DNA of 64,000 nucleotides. It comes from Methanocaldococcus sp. 28A. GTDB lineage: Archaea; AGJL01; Methanococci; Methanococcales; Methanocaldococcaceae. Location: assembly GCA_049852185.1 (NCBI GenBank), contig CP187540.1; one strand, 5' to 3'. A program made the position numbers and the translations under genes. The notes below the pieces were generated by a model, which did no database searches, was not told the DNA's origin, and saw only the letters and a program-made list of their open reading frames with translations. Shown piece by piece: positions 9,439 through 19,475 of this stretch (positions are counted from its first letter, which is position 1; every line of letters starts with the position of its first letter).

Positions 9439-10440
9439 TTGCATAAGATATGTGTTATAGAAGGAGACGGAATAGGGAAAGAAGTAGTACCTGCAACAAT
9501 AAAAGTTTTAGAAGCTACAGGATTACCATTTGAGTTTGTTTATGCTGAAGCTGGAGATGAAGTTTATAAAAGAACTGGAAAAGCTTTACCAGAAGAAACT
9601 ATTGAAACTGCCTTAGATTGTGATGCTGTTTTATTTGGAGCTGCTGGAGAAACAGCGGCAGATGTTATTGTTAAATTGAGGCAAATCTTAGACACCTATG
9701 CCAATGTAAGACCAGTAAAAGCTTATAAAGGAGTTAAATGCTTAAGACCTGATATTGATTATGTAATTGTTAGAGAAAACACTGAAGGATTGTATAAGGG
9801 AATAGAGGCAGAGATTGATGAAGGGGTTACAATAGCTACAAGAGTTATTACTGAGAAGGCTTGTGAGAGAATATTTAGATTTGCATTTAATTTGGCAAGA
9901 GACAGAAAGAAGATGGGTAAAGAAGGAAAGGTTACTTGTGCTCATAAAGCAAATGTCTTAAAATTAACTGATGGATTATTTAAAAAGATATTTTATAAAG
10001 TTGCTGAAGAATATGATGATATAAAAGCTGAAGATTACTATATAGACGCAATGAACATGTATATCATAACTAAACCACAAGTGTTTGATGTTGTTGTTAC
10101 ATCCAATTTGTTTGGAGATATCTTATCAGATGGAGCTGCTGGAACTGTTGGAGGTTTAGGATTAGCTCCTTCAGCAAACATTGGAGATGAACATGGATTA
10201 TTTGAGCCAGTTCATGGTTCAGCTCCAGATATTGCTGGAAAGAAAATTGCCAATCCAACAGCTACAATATTAAGTGCTGTTTTAATGCTTAGATACTTAG
10301 GAGAGTATGAAGCTGCAGATAAAGTTGAGAAAGCATTGGAGGAAGTTTTGGCTTTAGGTTTAACAACACCTGACTTAGGAGGAAACTTAAATACATTTGA
10401 AATGGCTGAAGAAGTTGCTAAAAGAGTAAGAGATGAATAA
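9439..10440 (+). CDS. leuB: 3-isopropylmalate/3-methylmalate dehydrogenase
   Basis: GDGIG.EV, RENTEG, HKANV, NLFGDILSD, EPVHGSAPDIAG. Confidence 0.85.
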   Translation: MHKICVIEGDGIGKEVVPATIKVLEATGLPFEFVYAEAGDEVYKRTGKALPEETIETALDCDAVLFGAAGETAADVIVKLRQILDTYANVRPVKAYKGVKCLRPDIDYVIVRENTEGLYKGIEAEIDEGVTIATRVITEKACERIFRFAFNLARDRKKMGKEGKVTCAHKANVLKLTDGLFKKIFYKVAEEYDDIKAEDYYIDAMNMYIITKPQVFDVVVTSNLFGDILSDGAAGTVGGLGLAPSANIGDEHGLFEPVHGSAPDIAGKKIANPTATILSAVLMLRYLGEYEAADKVEKALEEVLALGLTTPDLGGNLNTFEMAEEVAKRVRDE

Positions 10441-10569
10441 ATTAATCTATTTTTTATTTGAAAATTTTTTCTATTCTTTTATTTTAAAAATTTAATTTAA
10501 ATTTAAAATAATTTAAAATACATTTTTATAGGGTTGTTGTTAAATTAAGAAAAGGAACTGAGTTAGAAT

Positions 10570-10648
10570 AGGGCATTAATGAATGTCTTCCTTATGAAAG
10601 ACATTCAAATTTTCATTATAAATATAGTTTATTTTGCACACAAATATA
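10570..10648. repeat. Partial family A repeat
   Basis: GAATGTCTTCC-TTAT-GAAAGACATTC hairpin and TTTTGCACACAA end. Confidence 0.75.
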
Positions 10649-10656
10649 TTTAGGAG

Positions 10657-12432
10657 GTGATTTTTGTGAGATTGGCTATCATTGATTATGATAGATGTCA
10701 GCCAAAGAAATGCTCCTTAGAATGCATGAAATACTGTCCAGGAGTTAGAATGGGAGAGAAGACAATAGAGATAGACGAAAATTCTGGAAAACCAATAATA
10801 TCTGAGGTTTTATGTTCTGGTTGTGGAATCTGTGTTAAGAGATGTCCATTTAAGGCAATATCTATTATTGGATTGCCAGAAGAGTTGAGTGAAGATAAGA
10901 TAGTTCATTCTTATGGGCAGAATAGATTTAAGCTATTTGGTTTAGTTATTCCAAGAGATGGGGTTGTTGGGATTATAGGGCAGAATGGAATTGGTAAATC
11001 TACTGTCTTAAGAATTTTAGCTGGGGAGTTAATTCCTAATTTAGGAAGAGATGATAAAGAGCCAAACTATGATGATGTCATAAAATACTTTAGAGGCACT
11101 GAACTGCAAGAATATTTTGAAAAATTAAAAAATAAAGGAATAAAGGCTATCCATAAAGTTCAGTATGTTGATATATTACCAAAGGTTGTTAAGGGGAAGG
11201 TTGGAGAGTTATTAAAGAAAATTGATGAAAAAGGTAAGTTTGATGAAGTTGTTGAGAAGTTAGAGTTAAAAAATATTTTAGATAGAGAGTTAAACCAATT
11301 ATCCGGAGGAGAGTTGCAGAGAGTAGCTATTGCCGCTGCTTATTTAAGAAAAGGAGATATCTATTTCTTTGATGAACCTTCATCCTGGTTAGATATTAGA
11401 CAGAGATTCAATGCTGCAAGATTAATTAGAGAATTAAATAAAGTTGTTGTAGTTGAACACGATTTAATTGTTTTGGATTACTTATCTGATTATATACATA
11501 TTATGTATGGGGTTCCATCAGCTTATGGTATAGTCTCAATGCCAAAGAGTGTTAGAGTGGGAATTAATGAATATCTCTATGGAGAGTTGAGAGAAGAAAA
11601 CATGAAATTTAGAAAAGAGCCAATTATATTTGAGAAGAGGGCAGTTATTGACTTTAAGAATAGACCAATCTTATTAACATACTCATCAATGAAAAAGACT
11701 TTGGGAGATTTTAAATTAAAGATTAGCGGAGGAACTATTTATAAAGGAGAGGTTATTGGTATTTTAGGTCCTAACGGTATTGGAAAAACAACGTTTGTTA
11801 AGTTATTAGCTGGGATTATTAAACCAGATGAGGGAGAGGTTATTAAAGAGGGAGATATAAAAGTTTCATATAAACCTCAATATATCACTCCAGATTATGA
11901 TGGAACAGTTGAAGATTTATTGAGCTCAATAACTAACATAAACACATCTTATTACAAATCAGAGATAATTAATCCTCTACAGTTAGAGAAGTTGTTGGAT
12001 AGAGAGATTAAAGAGCTATCTGGTGGAGAGTTGCAGAGAGTAGCTATTGCTGCTTGCTTAAGTAGAGATGCTGATATTTATTTGTTGGATGAGCCCTCAG
12101 CATTTTTAGATGTTGAGCAGAGATTGAGAGTTTCAAAAGTAATAAGAAGAATTGCTGATGAAAAAGAAGCTGGGATGTTTGTTGTCGACCACGATATATT
12201 ATTCCAAGACTACATTTCAGATAGATTTATTGTATTTAGTGGAGAGCCAGGGAAGTTTGGAGTTGGTAGTAGTCCAATGAATAAGAGGGATGGAGCTAAT
12301 AAATTCTTAAAAGAGATGCAAATCACCTTTAGAAGAGACCCAGAAACAGGAAGGCCTAGAGCTAATAAGGAAGGTAGCCAAAGAGATATTATGCAAAAAG
12401 AGAAGGGAGAGTATTATTACGTAGATGAATAG
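10657..12432 (+). CDS. Ribosome recycling ATPase ABCE1/RLI1
   Basis: N-terminal FeS cluster domain, two ABC domains (GQNGIGKS, GPNGIGKT, LSGGELQR), hinge FRRD...RPR.NK.GS. Confidence 0.97.
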   Translation: MIFVRLAIIDYDRCQPKKCSLECMKYCPGVRMGEKTIEIDENSGKPIISEVLCSGCGICVKRCPFKAISIIGLPEELSEDKIVHSYGQNRFKLFGLVIPRDGVVGIIGQNGIGKSTVLRILAGELIPNLGRDDKEPNYDDVIKYFRGTELQEYFEKLKNKGIKAIHKVQYVDILPKVVKGKVGELLKKIDEKGKFDEVVEKLELKNILDRELNQLSGGELQRVAIAAAYLRKGDIYFFDEPSSWLDIRQRFNAARLIRELNKVVVVEHDLIVLDYLSDYIHIMYGVPSAYGIVSMPKSVRVGINEYLYGELREENMKFRKEPIIFEKRAVIDFKNRPILLTYSSMKKTLGDFKLKISGGTIYKGEVIGILGPNGIGKTTFVKLLAGIIKPDEGEVIKEGDIKVSYKPQYITPDYDGTVEDLLSSITNINTSYYKSEIINPLQLEKLLDREIKELSGGELQRVAIAACLSRDADIYLLDEPSAFLDVEQRLRVSKVIRRIADEKEAGMFVVDHDILFQDYISDRFIVFSGEPGKFGVGSSPMNKRDGANKFLKEMQITFRRDPETGRPRANKEGSQRDIMQKEKGEYYYVDE

Positions 12433-12439
12433 ATTTTAA

Positions 12440-12877
12440 CTAAATTTTTTTAAATGTCCAAACGGCTGTGTTTTCATTTTCGTTATAATTAACTTCCTGG
12501 AACTTAACTTTATAGTTTCTTAACTGAGCTACTAAAAACATATAGATTATTACAGGATGAATGACTATAGGAACATTTTCATTAAGTAGTAGCTTTATAG
12601 CTTTATTTAATATTGGATTTTTTGCATATAGTATTACGGTTCCATTATTTTCTGTAATTGATAAATCTTCAGCAATTTTTAATTTATTTATAAAAATATC
12701 CTTTAATTGTTCTTCATTGTAATTATTTTTATCTAAGAAATTTTGAGAATGTAGATAATCCAACATAAATTTTGCAGCTAATCTTGAAATAGCTACACCT
12801 GTTACTCCAGAAACTGAATATAATGCTTTATTTATGAGATAGATTAGTGCACTACTAAGGTCATTATTTTCAGCCAT
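12440..12877 (-). CDS. Hypothetical protein, possibly V4R/H-NOX-like fold
   Basis: 145-aa ORF with GAGGTGA ribosome-binding site; fold is an inference only. Confidence 0.7.
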   Translation of the reverse strand: MAENNDLSSALIYLINKALYSVSGVTGVAISRLAAKFMLDYLHSQNFLDKNNYNEEQLKDIFINKLKIAEDLSITENNGTVILYAKNPILNKAIKLLLNENVPIVIHPVIIYMFLVAQLRNYKVKFQEVNYNENENTAVWTFKKI

Positions 12878-12997
12878 TTAACGTCACCTCTAAATTTTTA
12901 TTTAAATTATCATTGTTATGATATAAAGTGAACTACTACATATAAATAGTTAACTTTAAGCAATGACACTTCAATATCTTTAAATGAGGTGATATAA

Positions 12998-13357
12998 ATG
13001 ATTTTCAATAGCTATGAAGAATTTACCAAAAAAATGGATGAATACATTGAAAAATATAAAGGGAAATATGGATGTGTTATAACTTTCAATGGATTTGTAA
13101 GAGAGTATGATATAAAAAATGGAGAAAAAATTCCTTCAAAAGGAATGCATATAGATAAGGATATCTTAAAAAAATTAGAATCAATTATAGATAATGCAAA
13201 AAATAAGTTTGATGTTATTGAGATTTTGTTTTATCATAACACTGGATTCTTGAATGTTGGGGAGAGAGTTTCTTCAATAGCTGTTTTTGCAAGGCATAGA
13301 AAAGAGGGTTTTGAAGCTCTTGAATATATAATAAACGAGATGAAGAAATACCACTAA
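12998..13357 (+). CDS. moaE: Molybdopterin synthase catalytic subunit
   Basis: G..ITF.GFVR, H.TG.L.VGE, ARHRKEGFEA..YII.EMK. Confidence 0.85.
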   Translation: MIFNSYEEFTKKMDEYIEKYKGKYGCVITFNGFVREYDIKNGEKIPSKGMHIDKDILKKLESIIDNAKNKFDVIEILFYHNTGFLNVGERVSSIAVFARHRKEGFEALEYIINEMKKYH

Positions 13358-13386
13358 AAAATTTTATTTTTAGATAATCTAACAAG

Positions 13387-13881
13387 TTAATATCTGCAAT
13401 ATTCAATAACAAACCAACAATATCCATTCTCTTTTTTTATTAATTGATTAGTACCATTCCAAAATTTCATTTTATATGGCCTATTTTTAAATTTGCCTAA
13501 TAAACTTGCAATTAATGATGGTATCGGGCATGCACTTCCAGGAATTTCTGCATCTCCAAGCTGTTTTGGGCAATATTTGCATTTGTCTATTTTAATTCCA
13601 ATAGTTATTGTATTATCTTCAATTTTTATGATAACATCATCACAAATCTGGCAGAATTCAATTAAAAACTTAATAAGTTTTTTATCATCCTTTGGAACTT
13701 CATATCCCAAATCTAAAATACATTGTCCAACTTTCTTTCCAATATATGAGCCAATAATATTTGTTGTTCCTTGATTTAACAATCTCAAATTAGCTAATTC
13801 CCCCAAGCATGACGTTAATATTATATGGAGTGGATGTAGATTTCTGTTCTCTATAAGCTTCTTATATGAATCTATTGTCAT
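13387..13881 (-). CDS. Hypothetical Cys-containing V4R-like protein
   Basis: 164 aa with CKYCP, ACPIP and C-terminal YCWF; GGTGAG ribosome-binding site. Confidence 0.7.
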   Translation of the reverse strand: MTIDSYKKLIENRNLHPLHIILTSCLGELANLRLLNQGTTNIIGSYIGKKVGQCILDLGYEVPKDDKKLIKFLIEFCQICDDVIIKIEDNTITIGIKIDKCKYCPKQLGDAEIPGSACPIPSLIASLLGKFKNRPYKMKFWNGTNQLIKKENGYCWFVIEYCRY

Positions 13882-14069
13882 AACCTCTCACCTATTAATA
13901 ATATTTTAAAAAATAAACTAAAAAATTATGGAAATTTAACAATATATAAATATAGGAAATTTATGGTTAACATAATATTTAAAATTTACTGTAATATAAT
14001 TAAAACATTCTTTAATTGAAATTTTTATTTAAATAACATTAATTTTTATTTCAAATTGAAGAACGTAGT

Positions 14070-14519
14070 AAAAATGTTAAGATAAAATTTGTATGATATG
14101 AGTAGCGAAAAGAAATAAGAAGTCAGAAGATTAAAGTTTTATCTGGGATTTTATATCATTTTTGGAATATAGTTAAAAAAAGCATGGTTTCTTTCACATT
14201 TTGAGAGTATAAGCTACAAATAGGTTAGAATATATTAAACGATTCTGAAAGAAGGACAAGAAACTTAATAGCAATCGAATGAAATCAAACAAACTAAACT
14301 AAAGTTTGAAAATGAAACTATTTATGTATGGTCAAATATTGATGTAATTTGAAAGAGTTTGATTTGGATTAAGTAATTGTGTAAAAAGTTTTTTCTTTAC
14401 TTAAACGAAGAACTAAATCTTTCTATGACCAATTCATAATACTACTAAATTCCCAACCGTCATTAGCTGGTTCGTACTCTTTCTATAACTTTTTCCTTTT
14501 ATTTTATCTTTACAGTCTC
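14070..14519 (+). mobile_element. Internally deleted IS6-family (ISMja1-like) element
   Basis: Degenerate translations KRNKKS..KVLSGILY, RRTRNLIAI..TKLK..IYVWSNIDV and LKRRTKSFY. Right end TTATCTTTACAGTCTC matches the IR at 15975-15989. Confidence 0.7.
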
Positions 14520-14599
14520 ATGGATAAACACACAAGAATAAATAGTTTATTTGTATATTAAATAAATATACTAAAAAATATTTATTGTGGTGGCATAAA

Positions 14600-15355
14600 A
14601 TGATTATCGCTGTTAGTGGAAAAGGAGGGGTTGGTAAGACAGCATTTACAACACTACTGATTAAAGCATTATCCAAAAAAACAAATAGCATTTTAGTTGT
14701 TGATGCTGACCCTGATTCAAATCTACCAGAAACTTTAGGAGTTTATGTAGAAAAAACTGTAGGGGATATTAGAGAAGAGTTAAAAAAGTTAGTTGAAAAA
14801 GATGAGATTCCTGCAGGAATGACAAAATTAGACTATTTAAGAAGTAAGATTTTTGAGATTTTAGTTGAAACAAAACATTATGACTTGTTAGTAATGGGAA
14901 GACCTGAAGGTAGTGGTTGTTATTGCAGTGTAAATAATTGGTTAAGGCAGATAATAGATAATCTATCTAAGGATTATGAATTTGTTGTTATAGATACTGA
15001 AGCGGGTTTAGAGCATCTTAGTAGAAGGACTACTCAAAATGTAGATGTTATGGTAGTTATAACTGATGCTTCAAAAAGAGGTTTAGGTACTGCAAAGAGA
15101 ATAAAAAAGTTAGCTAATGAGTTAGAAGTTAAATTTAAAGATATTTATGTTGTAGCAAATAAAGTTAAACCTGAGCATGAAGAACTAATTGAAAAATATG
15201 CAAAAGAACTTAGATTAAATTTGATTGGAAAGCTTCCATATAACAAAGAGATAGCTGAGTATGATTTAAAAGGTATTCCTCTATGGAATCTGCCTGAAGA
15301 CAATGAGGTTTATAAAAAAGTTGAAGAGATTACTAAAAAAATTATTAAAAAATAA
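14600..15355 (+). CDS. CooC/AcsF-type Ni-insertion ATPase (MinD family)
   Basis: GKGGVGKT, DADPD, GSGCYC, DTEAGLEHLSR. Confidence 0.88.
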   Translation: MIIAVSGKGGVGKTAFTTLLIKALSKKTNSILVVDADPDSNLPETLGVYVEKTVGDIREELKKLVEKDEIPAGMTKLDYLRSKIFEILVETKHYDLLVMGRPEGSGCYCSVNNWLRQIIDNLSKDYEFVVIDTEAGLEHLSRRTTQNVDVMVVITDASKRGLGTAKRIKKLANELEVKFKDIYVVANKVKPEHEELIEKYAKELRLNLIGKLPYNKEIAEYDLKGIPLWNLPEDNEVYKKVEEITKKIIKK

Positions 15356-15763
15356 AATTTCTATTTAATCATTGAATTGGTTATTTTTAATTTATTTCAT
15401 TTTCATATCCATTTATCCGTTCAACAAGTTTATTATACATTATTTTTGAAAATAAACCAAAACATTCGATTAATATCCCATAAGTTCTCTTATACACACC
15501 TGAAAAATATATCATTGCCCCAAAACCGAAAAGATTATTAAGTCTAATAGAGATATTTTCCCTGCGGATATAGGGTGATTTATTATCCTTCTTCTATTAT
15601 CGGGCAAAATTTCGCTTGCATAAACTTTATTAGTCTTAAAATTTTGGTATTTCCGATTATATCTTTTTGTTATATCTCTTTTATCATTATGTTTGTATAT
15701 TTATATCTTTGATGGGAACTATAGTATTTTTACCTACTAATATGCATTAGACATACACCAGAC

Positions 15764-15989
15764 GAGATTGTCAAGATAAGGATAGGTGCCAATTATATAG
15801 GGCTGGAAAAGATTCAAGTCAGTTAACCTTTCTTAATAATAATTTTAAATAATACAAAATTCTAACTAAAATATTAATCTATATTCTTATTCTTTTCTAT
15901 ATTCTTACTCTTTCCCTTTAACATTTCTATCGTAAGTTTTATATATTCATTTATTCGCATATTTGTTTAATACGTATCTTGACAGTCTC
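15764..15989. mobile_element. Non-autonomous IS6-derived MITE (226 bp) with target-site duplication
   Basis: Inverted repeats GAGATTGTCAAGATA / TATCTTGACAGTCTC; flanking 9-mers ACACCAGAC (15755-15763) and ACACAAGAC (15990-15998) match 8/9. Confidence 0.85.
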
Positions 15990-16140
15990 ACACAAGACAA
16001 ACATAATCTTTATATACCTGATTTAATATGACATTTACTTTATTAATAGATAGAATTATGATAGAATTATTAAAAACTCTTATACTGAGATTTGAAAAAG
16101 ACAAAAAATATAGCAAATATACAAAAAAGGGGGCAATATT

Positions 16141-16581
16141 ATGAAATTTTCAATAGATGAACTTTCAAAATCTAATAGAAATTCCTTAGGTAGAGATATA
16201 GATATTACCGTTTTTAGATTAATAAGATTTATGGACTTAGAAAGATTTTTAGGAAGAGAAGCAAATGGAATAATTTATGAATGTGGGAAAGAACTGGGAA
16301 AAAGTTTGAATCATTCATCTATTGATGATATGATAAAATTTTATGATGAATATAAACTTGGGAAAATGGAGATTGTAAATAAAAATCCTCTACAAATTAG
16401 AGTTTATGAGTGTATCTCTTGCTCTGGACTTCCAAAAGTTGGTAAGCCACTATGTTGGTTTGAAGGAGGATTTATTGCAGGTTGTTTAGAAAAGATATTA
16501 AATAAAAAGGTTAGAGCAACTGAAACACACTGTGTAGGTTTAGGCGATGATTTCTGTCAATTTGATATAAAAATTTTATAA
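16141..16581 (+). CDS. V4R domain protein
   Basis: ECISCSG, LCWFEGGFIAG, ETHC..LGDDFCQF. Confidence 0.9.
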   Translation: MKFSIDELSKSNRNSLGRDIDITVFRLIRFMDLERFLGREANGIIYECGKELGKSLNHSSIDDMIKFYDEYKLGKMEIVNKNPLQIRVYECISCSGLPKVGKPLCWFEGGFIAGCLEKILNKKVRATETHCVGLGDDFCQFDIKIL

Positions 16582-16589
16582 AATAAAAA

Positions 16590-16675
16590 TTGTCTAACCG
16601 ATTCATGACTTATACTCTTAAACTGTTAGAGAAACAAACTAACCTTTTTTAACGATAATCCTAAATAATACACAG
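16590..16675 (-). pseudogene. IS6-family transposase N-terminal fragment
   Basis: Minus strand reads CYLGLSLKKVSLFL*QFKSISHESVRQ; a degenerate IS6 end (..CTAACAGTCTC) lies near 17000-17012. Confidence 0.65.
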
Positions 16676-17263
16676 TATCTACGAATATGCATTAAACATA
16701 CACAACGGAGTATTACGCATAACCATGATTGAATATTCGAACTCCTCTAACAACTTTAGAATTATACAAACCAGTACTGCCTCTCTCTTTTCTATATTTG
16801 TGAATTAATTCTAAAAATTATTACAAATTATTACCCTAATAACCCTCAAAATGCGTATCTATCGATAGGCAAAAATTTCCATTGCTTTTTTTTAATTGAA
16901 TACGATTTTTAACGAAAGATTTATAAACTTCTTTAAACATAGAATTGTCTACCTTATTTATATATTGATAGTAAGAGTCTGCCAATGGATAATTTAGCTT
17001 GCTAACAGTCTCTAAATTATGTATTATTCGACATCTCCTCTATAAATCCTCCTGTATAATCTCCAACTCGATAAATACTTGAATATAGAGTGTTATTTAA
17101 TGATTTTATAGCCAACAATCTTATGTCGTTCATTGTTTTATCACCTCCTATTTTTTATAACTACGATATTATGAAATATTAACTTTTCTATTTATTTTAT
17201 GATGTTCGGAGATACTGTATATTTTTCGATAACCTCGGTTGTGGGGGGCGGTAGTCTTGTAAT

Positions 17264-17685
17264 AGGAAAGTTGAACGGATAAATAAAGAGGTTGAATATC
17301 GATTAGATAGATTTAATAGTTTAGAAGAGTTCAGTCGTTTGGGGTCTGTCCAACATTGACAATTATAGACAAATGTCCACGTTGGACTTGGGCGTCATCA
17401 ACCCTCTGGGTTCATTGGCTTAGGTCTCTGCCCCTGTCATGGACATAAAAACCGTAAGGTTTTTAAGTTCTCGTCGCTTCGCTCCGAGAGAACCCCAACT
17501 CCTCCCATTGGGTAAATCCGAATAATAAATGCCCCTCTTGACCCCTAATTCTCTCCCGCATCTGGGGCAGTTATAATTTCTATTTCTTATATATACTCAT
17601 ATTTGGTAATGAAAATCTATAAATGTGTATATTTGTCTATGAAAAATTAAACAGTTTCAAACGGCATAATTTTCGGGATACTACA
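17264..17685 (+). pseudogene. IS481 transposase C-terminal remnant and right end, interrupted by a TnpB-derived element
   Basis: KVERINKEVEYRLDRFNSLEEF before the insertion and YN after it. The end CATAATTTTCGGGATACTACA is inverse-similar to the 2295 end. Confidence 0.6.
17335..17570 (-). mobile_element. Internally deleted IS200/IS605 TnpB 3' remnant with omegaRNA-like tail
   Basis: GC-rich. Minus strand encodes a CPRCGRELGVKRG Zn-ribbon fragment, then ATGGGAGGAGTTGGGGTT...GATGACGCCCAA, a terminal hairpin GTCCAAC...GTTGGAC and an end CCCCAAACGA. Confidence 0.65.
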
Positions 17686-17773
17686 CTATTTATACATCCA
17701 ATAAATAATATAAAATATAATAAAAAAAATTAAAATAATATATTAATTAACTAAATTTACTTAAAGGGAGAAC

Positions 17774-18625
17774 ATGATAAAGAAAGCTGTGATTCCAGTA
17801 GCAGGTTTTGGGACTAGATTGTTACCAATAACTAAGGCACAACCAAAAGAGATGCTTCCAGTAGTTAATAAGCCAATAGTCCAGTATGTTGTTGAAGATT
17901 TGGTGAAAGCAGGTGTGAGAGATATTTTATTTGTAACAGGTAAGGGAAAACAAGCTATAGAAAATCATTTTGATATGAATTATGAATTAGAATGTAAACT
18001 AGAAAAATCTGGAAAATTTGAGCTTTTAAAAATTATTAAAGAAATTGATAAGTTAGGAAATATTTTTTATGTGAGGCAGAAAGAGCAGAAGGGATTAGGA
18101 GATGCTATTTTATACGGAGAGCAGTTTGTTGGAGAAGAATACTTTATAGCTATGGTTGGAGATACAATTTACTCTAAAAATATTGTAAAAGATTTAATAA
18201 AAGCCCATGAAAAATATGGTTGTTCAGTTATAGCCTTAGAGAGAGTTCCTAAGGAAGATGTTTATAAGTATGGAGTGATTGATGGAGAAGAAATAGAGGA
18301 AGGAATTTATAAAATAAAAAATATGGTAGAAAAACCAAAAGTAGAAGAAGCTCCTTCAAATTTAATTATAACAGGGGCTTATCTTTTATCCCCAAAAATA
18401 TTTGAAAAAATTAAACAAACACCACCAGGAAGAGGGGGAGAAGTTCAAATTACCGATGCTATGAATTTGTTATTAAAAGAAGAAGATATTATAGGAGTTG
18501 AAATTAACTGTAATAGATACGATATCGGAGATGTTTTCGGATGGTTGAAAGCAAATGTAGAGCTTGGTGTTGAAAAGTGTCCCGAATTTAGAGAATTTTT
18601 AAAGGAATTCGTTAAGAATTTATAA
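17774..18625 (+). CDS. galU: UTP-glucose-1-phosphate uridylyltransferase
   Basis: KAVIPVAGFGTRLLP.TKA.PKEMLP, VRQ....GLGDA, VEKP, QITDA. Confidence 0.93.
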   Translation: MIKKAVIPVAGFGTRLLPITKAQPKEMLPVVNKPIVQYVVEDLVKAGVRDILFVTGKGKQAIENHFDMNYELECKLEKSGKFELLKIIKEIDKLGNIFYVRQKEQKGLGDAILYGEQFVGEEYFIAMVGDTIYSKNIVKDLIKAHEKYGCSVIALERVPKEDVYKYGVIDGEEIEEGIYKIKNMVEKPKVEEAPSNLIITGAYLLSPKIFEKIKQTPPGRGGEVQITDAMNLLLKEEDIIGVEINCNRYDIGDVFGWLKANVELGVEKCPEFREFLKEFVKNL

Positions 18626-18687
18626 TTTTTTAAAATTTTTTGTTTTTTATTATATTTTTTATAAAACTATAATTTTTGTGGGATATT

Positions 18688-19101
18688 ATGGATATTGCTA
18701 TAATCTTAGGTCTCTTAGTTGCTGTATTTTATGGTATTGGGACATTTTTTGCAAAAATTGTTTGTGAAAAAAACCCTTTATTCCAGTGGATTGTGGTAAA
18801 TATAGTTGGAATTATATTATCTATGTTTATACTAATTAAATATAAAAATATAATTCTAACTGAGCAAAAAATTCTTACTTATGCAATAATATCCGCAGTA
18901 TTAGTAGTAGTTGGTTCATTATTGTTATATTATGCATTATATAAAGGAAAAGCGAGTATTGTAGTTCCATTATCATCAATAGGTCCAGCAATAACAGTAG
19001 CTTTATCAATATTATTTTTAAAAGAGACTTTGTCAATTTATCAGATGATTGGTGTAATTTTTATAATTATTGGAGTTATCTTACTATCCATATCAAACTA
19101 A
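18688..19101 (+). CDS. EamA/DMT-family small transporter
   Basis: Five hydrophobic helices; AL..GKASIVVPL and FLKE. Confidence 0.85.
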   Translation: MDIAIILGLLVAVFYGIGTFFAKIVCEKNPLFQWIVVNIVGIILSMFILIKYKNIILTEQKILTYAIISAVLVVVGSLLLYYALYKGKASIVVPLSSIGPAITVALSILFLKETLSIYQMIGVIFIIIGVILLSISN

Positions 19102-19128
19102 ATTAAGAAATATTAAAATATAGATTTA

Positions 19129-19380
19129 TTATTCACTAGAAGTTAATACATATCTTCTTGCACCTTGTATTCCAAGCTGTAGTTTTATTGCTTTTATAAG
19201 TTCATAAACATCTTCAACAGTTTCAGCATCATATAATGCTTCTTTAAATTTTTCTCTTTTTGAAGGCTCTATTAAGTTTAATAGATATTCAACTGTGGCA
19301 ATTAACTCAATGTATTTTCCTTCTCTACTCATTGTAGTATCTAATTCATTTATTATTTTTTGAATTTTTTCTGAAGGCAT
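19129..19380 (-). CDS. Hypothetical 83-aa protein
   Basis: GGTGA ribosome-binding site and host-like codon usage. Confidence 0.75.
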   Translation of the reverse strand: MPSEKIQKIINELDTTMSREGKYIELIATVEYLLNLIEPSKREKFKEALYDAETVEDVYELIKAIKLQLGIQGARRYVLTSSE

Positions 19381-19475
19381 TATTTCACCATATAATTCAT
19401 AGCATGTTAAGTAACAGATACATTATCATAATTATATAAATACTTTAACTATTAATATATAAAAGCGGTGAGAAC

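Noticed and set aside
17014-17133. 39-codon minus-strand ORF (MNDIRLLAIKS...) with a strong GGAGGTGA site
   Set aside because: It stops at a degenerate IS6 end inside the IS graveyard and has no motif; probably a truncated gene, not supportable as functional.
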